Origin: Paragordius varius
Lineage: Eukaryota > Animalia > Nematomorpha
Assembly (NCBI GenBank): GCA_964247055.1
Contig: OZ176055.1
Span: 2,170,001-2,234,000, forward strand
Length of the DNA stretch: 64,000 nucleotides
Direction of reading: 5' to 3'
Within the stretch, counting starts at the first letter, position 1; every line of letters starts with the position of its first letter. Under the pieces are notes generated by a model. It worked only from the letters and a program-made list of their open reading frames with translations. It searched no databases and was not told where the DNA came from. Of the stretch, positions 18,892-30,500 are shown in pieces. Position numbers and translations under genes: made by a program.

Positions 18892-19465
18892 CACTTGTAT
18901 ACAACACTCTCATTTTAGTCCTTCGATTCAAATTGGGGTAGTTGGATATTCCAGGCTTGTTTAAAATTAAATTCTTTTAAAAATATAGAAGGAATCGAAA
19001 CCATGGCAAAATTTTGCACTTATCTAACATTAACAAACCGAAATATATAAAAAATTTTCAAAAATACTTGATATTACTTATTTTAAGCTAAAATCGAAAG
19101 GTAAAAATTTCGTCATCGTGGCATGTATCAAAGAATTCAAAAATAATACAAAATAAACCGCTTTTTTTATTTCTATCAATGTTAGATGTAATTTATATTG
19201 AAAATAAGCTTTAGTTTTACCCTTAAAATTAAATGAAGACAATATTTTGCAAAATATTCGTAAAATAAAAATGGCGTCGAAGTAGTTTCAGGTGGAACTT
19301 TTTTTTCAAAACAACATTTTATCAAGATATTTTGGCATATTTATATAATATTTATCAGGATAGAAGCATAAATTTAAATTGAGACCATTTCCTTCAGTAG
19401 TTTTTTAAAAATATTAATTTAAATTTGGTCTGGGGTATTTAGATACCCCAAATTGAATCGAAGTG
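18892..19465 (+). mobile_element. piggyBac-like MITE (family B)
   Basis: CACTT...GAAGTG|TTAA; subterminal inverted repeat cttcgattcaaattggggta; ~570 bp; near-identical to 44523-45101 and 55236-55809. Confidence 0.75.
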
Positions 19466-19598
19466 TTAAATATCAACTTATAATCTGTATTTTCTTTATG
19501 GAATAGTTATATTAACATTATCTTCTAAAATATACGAAGCTTATCATATTATAAAATATTATTAGAAAGTCTATATAAAATGGAGCAATTATAATTAA

Positions 19599-20155
19599 CA
19601 CTCGGATACAGCACATTTATTTTAGTCCTTCAATTCAAATTGGGGTAGTTAGATACCCCAGCCAAAAATTAAATACATTATAAATTATGGAGAAAATTAA
19701 AGTCATGGCAAAATTGTGCACTTAAATAACATTAATAAACCAAAGTATATAAAAATTATTATTCAAAAATACCTGATATTATTTATTTTAATGTAAAACC
19801 CAAATGTATAAATTTAGTCAACGTAACATGTGTGTATTGGCTAAATTGAAAAATATTACAAAATTTTATTTCTATCACTGTTTGATGTAATTTAAATAAA
19901 AAATTAGCTTTAATTTTACCTTAAAAATGAAATGAACACTATATTTTGCTAAAATTTTGTAAAATAAATATGGCATCGAAGTAGTTTGACATGGAACTTT
20001 TTTTCAAATCAAAATTTTTTTTTGGATGTTTTGCCTTATTTATATAATTTTTATTAGTATAGAAGCATAAATTTAAATTGGAACCATTTCCTTTTGTACT
20101 TTTTATAAATTTTTATTTAAATTTAATCTGGGATATCCCAATTTGAATCGAAGTG
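19599..20155 (+). mobile_element. piggyBac-like MITE (family B), 50 nt upstream of the DPH1 ATG
   Basis: TTAA|CACTC...GAAGTG|TTAA with TTAA on both sides. Confidence 0.78.
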
Positions 20156-20205
20156 TTAATTTATAAAAATATTTATGACATTTTTCACTCCTATTGTGCG
20201 ACCAC

Positions 20206-21660
20206 ATGGATATACAAGTGTATAAAGCAAGTCCAAAGAAAAAATTTGGTTTTCAGGTCCTCAATAAAATACCGCCGGAAATATTGTTAGATACAATATT
20301 GAATAATGAAATTGATGCCTTACTCCCTAAAAATTACAATTTTGAAGTTCACAAAACTATATGGAAGATCGAAACCACTCAGGCTCGAAATATTGCCTTA
20401 CAACTCCCTGAAGGATTGGCAATATTTGCATGCACAATAAGTGACATTATTGAAAATTATTTTAAACGCAAGGGAGATTTGAATTTTTTAAAAAATATTT
20501 TTATTTTTGGGGATGTTACTTATGGCGCATGTTGCATCGACGATTTTACTTGCAAATCCCTCAATATCGAATTATTGATTCATTATGGACATAGCTGTTT
20601 AATTCCAACCCAAATTACTAATGTTCAAGATGAAACTAATCCCCTCACTTTTTCTGTCCTATATGTCTTTGTCGAAATATTGTTTGACTGCACGCATTTC
20701 GTAGAATCGGTTAAACACAATTTTCCCCAAAACTCACATATATATGTGGGCGCTACTGTGCAATTTATTGGATCACTGCCTAAAATCATTACTTCTCTAT
20801 CATCATACTTGTCAGAAAAGGGTAAAGTTACCTACATAGATCGACAAATGCCTCTTTCCCGAGGTGAGGTTCTAGGTTGCACCGCACCTCGAATCCAATT
20901 GCAAGAAAACCAAGCTGAAATGGTCCAAAACGTTATAATTTTTATAGCAGATGGACGTTTTCACCTGGAAGCTCTTATGATAGCAAACCATGATTTTCCA
21001 GGAAATTTTTACCTTTACAACCCTTATGATAAAAAGTTAACCAGAGAAACGTATGATACTTCGGCCACTTTTGTTGATCGAACCAAAGCTATACAATCAT
21101 CTATTGACATTATGTTTAAATCTATTTTGGTACCTGAACATCTATGCAATATTGGAATTATTTTAAGTACGCTTGGGAGACAAGGATCACCCAATATACT
21201 TAATGTTTTAACGGATAACATACATAAGCTTAATTCACTTATTGAACGTAAAGTTGAACTCAATACATCCTCAACCGTGCCCAGGCTTAATTACATAACA
21301 GTGTTAATGTCTGAAATATCGCCGGAAAAATTAGCTTTATTCTCGGGTTCTGATGCAGAAAATACGCATACTAGCCCAAATATTTGGATTCAAATAGGTT
21401 GCCCTAGACTTTCAATTGATTGGGCCGCTTCAAATTACACGTGTCCCTTGTTAAACCCGTATGAAGCTATACAAACCTTTAACCATGTTGAACAATTTTT
21501 AATGCAGGAAAATGGTGACCACCTCATCATTAATAAAAAAGAAACATTTCCATTGTTAAAAGATTATCCTATGGATTATTATGCGTATGAGAGTGGTGGT
21601 CCATGGACCCCTGCTCATAAACCAGACTACCCTAAAGCTAAATGTAAATGCAAAAGTTAA
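20206..21660 (+). CDS. DPH1: 2-(3-amino-3-carboxypropyl)histidine synthase subunit 1 (diphthamide biosynthesis), intronless
   Basis: Single ORF (first in-frame ATG 20206) with LPKNYNFEVHKTIW, QLPEGL, GDVTYGACCIDD, HYGHSCL, GEVLGCT, DGRFHLE, LSTLGRQG, CPRLSIDW and YPMDYY, including the Fe-S-ligating cysteine motifs. Confidence 0.95.
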   Translation: MDIQVYKASPKKKFGFQVLNKIPPEILLDTILNNEIDALLPKNYNFEVHKTIWKIETTQARNIALQLPEGLAIFACTISDIIENYFKRKGDLNFLKNIFIFGDVTYGACCIDDFTCKSLNIELLIHYGHSCLIPTQITNVQDETNPLTFSVLYVFVEILFDCTHFVESVKHNFPQNSHIYVGATVQFIGSLPKIITSLSSYLSEKGKVTYIDRQMPLSRGEVLGCTAPRIQLQENQAEMVQNVIIFIADGRFHLEALMIANHDFPGNFYLYNPYDKKLTRETYDTSATFVDRTKAIQSSIDIMFKSILVPEHLCNIGIILSTLGRQGSPNILNVLTDNIHKLNSLIERKVELNTSSTVPRLNYITVLMSEISPEKLALFSGSDAENTHTSPNIWIQIGCPRLSIDWAASNYTCPLLNPYEAIQTFNHVEQFLMQENGDHLIINKKETFPLLKDYPMDYYAYESGGPWTPAHKPDYPKAKCKCKS

Positions 21661-21906
21661 ATGAAAACATAATTATGATGACAAAAAAGTTATTTGCAAA
21701 ATTTCGTAGAAACGGGTAATTCTTTCATTCACATCTGAAACCACCAAATTATAACATACTTGGCAATATTTTGCAATATGTTTCCTCTTAACATAATCAT
21801 TTAGAATCTAAAAAATACGAATACGAAATAAAATAGCAAATATATATATCATTTATTATTTTGCATTAAAATATAAATATATAACAGCACATGGTGGTGC
21901 ATTTAA

Positions 21907-23890
21907 TCAAAGTTTTAAAGCAACAAAAGCCGAAGTTAATACAGTCAAAACCAGCACTGTAATCCCGGTGGCATAGACGGTGGGAATTCGAAATCCCTTG
22001 CCCACGTCCCAATTCTCCATACAAAATAAATTATATTATATAATTGTAATAATAAATTCATGACATTATCTATTGTTGGGTAATTTTTCTGTTAAGTTAT
22101 CCTAACGAAATATTATTTTAAATAATTTTACCTAAGGTATACCCTTTGCACTTGTCCTTTTTTAATGGATTGAAAGTGAAAAAGTTGAATTAATGAAATG
22201 ACAAATGTCTTTACATTTTATTCTGTTATACTTAATAAAACTTTATTAAGGATTAAATGGAAATTAAACCATAATCTTTTTGTAACCGTTTAAAAGCTTA
22301 AAAAGGGTGTTATATTCTTTATTAACTTTTTACAGGAATGTAACATACAATATTATAATTTTAATTTGTTTCTAATTTACATTTTACACAATTTAATAAA
22401 AAATAAAACAATATTTGACCAAAATAACGTTAAATAAAACCAGACTTCGAACCATAGTTTCAAAAAAATGTAAAATCGTTTGTGAATACAAAATATGTGA
22501 AACGAAAACCAAACCCAGTTTGTTTCATTCCAATTTCTCTTATATACTCAAAAATTAAGGACAAAATCGTTGATAAAAATAAAACCAAGTGTCGTATTCC
22601 GTTAAAAGCGTGATATGCCACAGGGCAAACGAGCACAAATTTGATTGAATTCCAAACGTGAGGATGCCATCCCAAAGAATGCAACCAATCAATGTAGTAG
22701 GGGATAGAATTTGGTAACAAAAACAAACCCAAAGCCGCCAATGTGACACCTAAAATGACATAATAAAACATAATGGTGAATATCAAAATTGTAAGGTTAT
22801 AAATCTAGGGTTATAAATTTAAAATTCTATTGGATTTATACTATTTATCCTTAATTTTTTACATATTATATCACTGATTCGGTTAGGCAAATTGAGTCCC
22901 CCTTGTCTTATATTTTGCAATCCTAATTGCCTAGGTCATTTAATATTAATTAACTTGTTATAACAAAATTCTCTAAAAACAAAGGTTTATATAATTAATT
23001 TTCAGGTTACCTTTCAATAATTTAGCAAAATTATTGAGACGCTTAAAATGGTTTTTAACAGTATATGAAATGTATTAAAAGTTAATACAAAAATTATTTT
23101 GTAATTTGATGAGTGGGAATCGATATTTCCATAACATATTGACGTATATGTCAATTAATACTTTTATCAGTGTTAATATAAGAGAAGTAACAGTATATTG
23201 ATATTTTTTAATATCTCAACACATATAGAAATTTATCATATCAATGTGTTTTACAGCTTTATATAGAACCCATAGAGTAAAGAATTATTTATTCTTATGG
23301 AGAGTGTAAACCAAAGGTTCTCAAACCGCAGCTTTAAAGGTAATTTTTTATGTCCCTGAATTATTCATTTAATTTTTTATGAACCTATTTAGAGTATAAC
23401 TATCTGCATATGTGTAAAATAGCAATCCAATATTGTCGGTATCTGAGAATGAATGTGGCAAGAATAATAATAATTTGTATGGCTCTTAAATTTTTTTGGT
23501 GATATCACTGGTTTAAACATATAATTTACTATCCAAATTATATACCTATATTTATAATAACTGGAAATATTGAGTAGGCACATAAAAAAAGATTTAGTTT
23601 TTTTATTTTGAGTATAATTATGGAAAATTTTTATAACCTGCATATATTGCGACACCAGTAACTCGATGATATAAGGATAACTGCATAGGTAAATGCATGT
23701 GATAAGCGGTCCAAGGGGATTTAGGTCGATTTAAGGCCCAATTTTTTTGATAAAACTTCCACTGTGGTTCTTCCATTTGAGATGTGTAACATCTAACATC
23801 ATTTTGTCTCAAAATTAATTTGTTGGCATTAATAATTTGGCCGATTCGAAGTATTTTGTTTGCCCTACTGTGAAGTTTTAGAGAAAACAT
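21907..23890 (-). CDS. SDHC: Succinate dehydrogenase cytochrome b560 subunit; 3 exons
   Basis: Exons 23890-23638 (presequence-like N-terminus, NRPKSP...SLYHRVTG), 22749-22586 (KFVLVCPVAYHAFNGIRHL) and 22014-21907 (NWDVGKGFRIPTVYATGITVLVL...stop); junction phases match. Confidence 0.92.
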
Positions 23891-23941
23891 TTGTTTAAGG
23901 TGAACACACACGCAATCATACTCTAGCACCCTTGATACCAC

Positions 23942-26900
23942 ATGGCTAATCTAGATCAAAATATTCGAAACGCAATTAGAGATGGTAGAACGGATATTAT
24001 TTTGACTCTATTAAGTATAATCATATATATTGTGCCTTAGATTATAAAAACACAGAAGAAGATCCAAATACGTCCTCTTTGTTAAACAGAATCATTGATG
24101 AAGATGGAACTATGCTACATATAGCCACAAAAGTTCTCTATAAATTCATTGTAATAGTTAGGGGATTTGGATATAACAAGATTACTATTATCTTTGAATC
24201 CTGATTTAACCATTTGCAACAAAAGTGGTCTGACACCATTTAAGATGATTTCTCCCAAGGATCACGCTATTAAGGAAGTTTACCTTCAAAACTTTTGTCA
24301 ACAAATTACAACTAACAAGTAATTTGATTATTCAATATGATAACTTTACAGTTTAAATGGTTTAAAACGTTTGATTGAGGGAGGAATAAACCCAAAAGAT
24401 GTTACATTGTCATTCATGAACAATTCGACACCAATGCATTGGGCTGCTCTGTATGGTACACCGGAAACTATCACTTTTTTATATGGTATTTCAAAAAAAT
24501 TCACAAAAAAACTTTTTGTCAAATAAAAGAAAAAAAGATTAAATTTGTCAAAATTATACTTAATGGTAAAATTGTCCTTTGAGCATACATCTATTTTTTT
24601 ATATTATATCTTATAAAAGTTTATTTGTTCGATATCTTTTTATTCCTTTTATGGTTTAACTTAAAATTTTAATTTTATATAGAAAAGGGGGTCGATATAT
24701 ATTCATACAATGATAAAGGGTACACCGTATTACACGAAGCTATCGTGAGCCAAAAACTTGAAAATGCACGTTGTATTTTACAATTGGAACCATCTCTTGC
24801 TAAATATAAACCACTTCAGGGGTAATCCGATCCATATGATTTAGTTTTTCGTTTTTTAAAAAATATAAAAAGTTTCGAAAAAATTATAATATACAATAGC
24901 GTATTATCATTTGTATTTTTTGGAAAATTTACGATTTTCTGAAACACGGGGGCCCAACACAAATGCCGTCTCCGGCCGCATTTGTAATTGTATAGGCATT
25001 CATGCTTAATTTATTAAATTTCAAACATAAGACTGCACAAAAGAAAACACTTGATTCAATTATACTGACTAATTTATAAAAATTGTATCAATTTTTGGTA
25101 AATTTTGTGTTCATGCTTGTTCTGAAAGTTTTTAAACCCAAATTATGATCAATATAATTTTGAAATTATAGAGCAATTTCCCATTATCTAATTACTTCTA
25201 ATTTACTTATAACTTTGTCGTGTTTATCATGTGATATGGGATAAAACTAAAATAATTATAAAAATAACTATGATCAAAATTATTAACATTTCTTTATTTT
25301 TAATCATATAATTAAACTTTAACGTTTTAGTTAAATTTATAGCAAGTAACTACAATAAAATCATTACGGTTAAGGCCATTTGTAAATGTATTATTATGTT
25401 ATGATATTTTTTTAAAAAAAAATTAAATTACGTATTCTCACAACAATTTCTATTTAAATTATATGTATATAATTTCTAGAATTTTTAAATGGTTATATTG
25501 GGGTTAACATTTTGGATATATACATATTTTTTAACAGGGGTGTCACATATGCGCCATCTTGTAATAATTCTTTAGTTCGCGCTAATTTTAAATTAAAAAT
25601 CGCACTAACATTATTTAAAATTGTTTTTTTCAATAAATTTTCTTGAATGATCTTTCCCAATTTTAGGAAGGAACTAACAAAAATTTTAAATTAAACGGTA
25701 GTTTTTTTAGTTTTTTATTTTAATGCTAATAAAATATTTGTAGATGCCCATATATACCATTTATAGTTCAAATTCACCCTAAAAATAAATTATGTGTTTT
25801 CGCAATATAACTTATTATTAACAAAAAATATATCTTTATGGCATTATCATTTTTTCAGTATTAATTTTGATCTAAAACAAATTTTATAAATTTATAGGTA
25901 TTTTTAATCTTAAAAAACATATACTTTATTTGAGGGTGAATTTGAATTGTAAATGGTATATTTGCGAATGCGACCCATGAGGCCATTTGTGTTGGACACC
26001 CCTGTTTGCCAATGCCAATATTACTTCTCAATAATATGACAAATATTTTTTTGATTTAATATTTTTTTAAAAATTTGATTTCCATTTTTTTATATTTTAC
26101 ATAGTTTAACGTTTAAATTCATTTTTATGTATAAAATCAATAACGGTTGAAATAAAATAATTTTTTATATTTTCAATAAAGACTTACAATAAAAGTCGAA
26201 AATTAAAATTTATATCTTATCATATACGCTTTTAGCTTAATTTTCAATATTATTAAATAATATGTTTATTTGTATGAGTTATATTATAGCAATTTTTAAC
26301 CTTTTATAATCTTTAGGATTTATAAGGACAAAGAAATCATTGAATTAACCAAGGCAGTTTATCCTGACAGTCGCGGAAGTAACGTCCAAAACCTATTAGA
26401 TGAGGTATAAAACACTTCTTAATTATTACATAATTAAAATAATTTTTAATTTTAACCTTGTCAGGGATTGATTGGTATATAAGAATCTATAGTTTTGAGA
26501 CTATGAGATGATATTTCTGTTTTGAAAATATATTGTTTTATTTTTTCATTTTTAAATATTGTAAAGGTAAATGACGGATTGATAATGTTTTGTAATAACA
26601 GTTGTTAAAGATATAAACGAAAATATAAAAATTAGAAAAAAATAAATTTTAAACTGAAAATATTGAATGATATGTGAAACCCTTTGGTCAATCGTAATCG
26701 CACACTAGTTTCATGCTTGTTAGCACTTATCATTACGACACAACTATTTGACTACTTGAGGTTTTCTCGTATCAAATTCCTACTATAAATTCAACTTTTT
26801 CTTTGGTATAAATGCAGTCGAATTTAAATGTAATTGACATTTATGCTGAAAATATGAAAATAGACTGAATTTAACACTAGAATTATCCTTTGATTTAGAG

Positions 26901-27518
26901 TATAGCTACTTTAGGATTCACAAGAACTATTGTTTACTATTTTATTTGTGCCCATATAAAAATAATTTTTATTTATTTAAAAAAAATTATTAAACACAAT
27001 AAAATTTGCTGGTTTTCATTATGTATTACAAAGTAATTTTTTCGATTTTAAGTGCTTTTGAATGAATCTTAAACATAAATATTTGTATAGTTCAATTTCG
27101 TATCGAACCTTTAGTAGATTTTAAAACTACAATATCGGGAATAATTTACCATTTCGAAGAAAAAAATACTTTGGCCCAGAATCCAAAGGTCTTGCCAACT
27201 ATTTTTTTCAATTGTTAATAAAAAAATTTTTAACTCCACATGTATTTATAATAGTTTAGGTGTTTAAGTAATGAACTGATTTTTCATTTAGATATCCAAC
27301 CTTTCCCTTATCAACAATGGCATTACAAATGAAAAACAACAAAACAGCTTTAAAGAATCTAAGCAGGATAATAATGCAATAAAATGTGTAAAAAGTGTTG
27401 CATGTAATAATAATAATTCGATTGATTGTGAACAAAATGATATATTTAAGATACTTTGGCCTCGACCACGTAACATTACCAATAATATGGAGGACAATTT
27501 TATTCATAACGAAAAGTA

Positions 27519-27557
<39 letters not shown>

Positions 27558-30500
27558 ATTTGCATTAAGTATAAATTAAACGTTTAAAAATAAATTTTAA
27601 ACATATATATTATATTACCCTTAAACATGTCGATTTGACTAATTAATATTTTAATATAATCAAAACTTTTGATACAAAAAATTGTTATATATGACTAAAA
27701 TATATTTGATATGGATTGTTTAGACTATAAGCATATATTTTTTAGGGTTAAATTTTACATGTTCTGAGTAGGATTGTTTAAACTTGATATATATATATAT
27801 ATATACATATATATTATATGATCAAAATTTAATACCCAAAAAGAATTTAAAATTAAGGATAAACATGTGTTTATATCAGCTCAAAAAAATTAAAAAATAT
27901 AGCATTTTACACAAAAAACTATATACCTCTCATTTTATATTCAATTCCACCCACAGTAGCCAAAACACTCTTGATAACCAAATCAAGGGCCAATCTAACT
28001 CACCTAAAACATCTTTTATCCTTCCACCGCATGTTAATGTTTGCCTCATGAGTAAAATCCCGACCGTTATAACGGTCATAAAGATGTGGGAGGTTTGGGA
28101 AATTTTTCGTGAAAGTTTTTCTGCCCTCGGTTCTGTTCTTATGATGGTGCCTGCGCCTCAAAAACAACAGAGTCAGATAGTTTGCTGTATGACACCTCAT
28201 TACAATAGTTTTTTGAACAAAAAACCTGCCCTAAAGCAAACTAACATTAATGATAAAGAACGCAAAGAAAGTTTGTGTGGGCACAACTCTACTTCTGATT
28301 GGAATGGAAGTTTAGAACAGGGTTATCGTATAACTGTTACGGGAAAACAGGTATTTTTACATGCATAATTAATTTGAACGTAATTTGTCATTTATTTTTG
28401 GAAAGTTTTAAGGGGTGTTTTTAAGTATTTTTGCATAATTTTTTAATATTAATTAATTACTGCTTTGGATGGTGCAATATTTTATATATCCGAAAATTTT
28501 TGATATAACTATTTATGTAAATGACAAATTATGTGAATCTTTTAAGCATTTCTCATAGTTTTGCACAATTTTTAAAATTAATTTAATAGTTGAATAATGA
28601 TTTGTGCTTTAAAGAAAATTTTTTACGTATTTTGCTCAATTTTATAGTAATTATTAATTGAACAGTTTGATTGTAATTAGTTTGGTAATGAATATGTAAA
28701 TTTTTAAAACTTTTGTTTTTAGTTAAAATAATCAATTTTAATTTAATGGATATTTTGATTTTTTGGGGACGGTTAGATTATTATATTGTGTCGCGATATC
28801 CCTGGCTTGTATTATGGGATTATGTGCGTACGTGAAACTTTACGTGCTGTACCTGACTTTATAATTCCTCGTGTTACGGTAATTAATTTTTTAGATAATA
28901 ATTTTAGGTCCTTTTTTTTATCTTTTCTAAAAAAAATTTTTATTTGTCGAAAATTGAATTTTGCATGATAATTATCCAATAACCTTATAGATATTTGGAT
29001 TTATAAACAAAATTTTTCTCTAAAAAATGGAAAATTTATGAACTTGTTTAACATTAAATTGTTAATTTATATTCGTTAATAATTTTTTTAAATATTTTTC
29101 TTTAATTCTCCAATATCGAAAACATATTTTTAATTAACTTAAGTTTTATATTTATTCCTTTGTTTAATTTCCCATAAATTTGTTTAAATTAGTAATAAAA
29201 TTGAAAAAACTAAATAACACTTTCATCTAATTTCTTGTATCAATGTAAAATAATAAATTTTTTGTAAATATACCATTTACATTTTTAATTCACCCTTAAA
29301 CAATTCAAATTCACTCTTGAACAATTCAGATTTACTTTAAAATAAATTTTGTGTTTTTAAGAGTAAAAATTACCTAATATTAAAAAAATACTGAAAAAAT
29401 AATAAACTATGCTATATTAAAGATATACATATTATTATTGAGATATATTACCCGAATATTACTATAATTTATTTTAGGGTGAATTTGAATTGTTTAAGGG
29501 TGAATTTGAATTGTAAATGGTATATTAATACTTTGAAATGAAAGAATGTTATGTATGATATATCATTTACAGTTCAAATTCACCCTCTAACAATTCACGT
29601 TCACCCTTGAACAAATCAAATTCCCCAAAAAATAAATTTTGTCTTTTCGAACAAATATAACTCATTATTTAATGTAATATATCTTTATGGCATAGTTTAT
29701 TATTTTATCACTATTATTTTAGTTTAAAATAAAATTTTATTTTTTAAAAATATATAAAAATATAGGTAATTTTTAATCTCAAAAGACATATATTATATTT
29801 GAGGGTGAAATTGAATTGTCCAAGGGTAAATATGAATGTTCAAGGGTGAGATTTGTTCAAGGGTGAATTCGAATAAATGCTATATCATGCATAATATTCT
29901 TTCATTTTAAATTAAAGTAATAATATACTATTTACAATCCAAATTCACCCTCGAACAATTCAAATTTATTCACTTTAAAACTAAATTTGGGCCCCAATAT
30001 AACTCATCATTAATATGAAAAATATCTTTATGGCATAATTTATTATTTTTAATATTTTAGATTAAAACAAAATAATATAGGTTTTAAAAGACATATATTT
30101 TATTTTTAGGGTTTATGAATTTGATTTGTTCAAAGGTAAATTTGAATTGTTCAATGTTGAATTTGTATTGTTTAAGGGTGGAAATCGTTCAAGGGTAATT
30201 CGAATCGTAAATGGTATATCATACTAAAAAAATTTTTATTTTAAATTTAAAGTAACAATGTACCATTTACAATCCAATTTCACCCTCGAACAATTTAACT
30301 TCATTCATTTTAAAAATAAATTAACTCATTATTAATATGAAATATATCTTTAGGCATAATATATTATTGTTTCAGTATTATTTTAATATTGGGTAATTTT
30401 TACTCTTAAAAAAACGTATAATTTATGCGACGGTGAGTTTGAATGTTCGAGCGTGAATTTGAATTGTTCAAGGGTAATTTATTACAATGAAAGAATTTGA

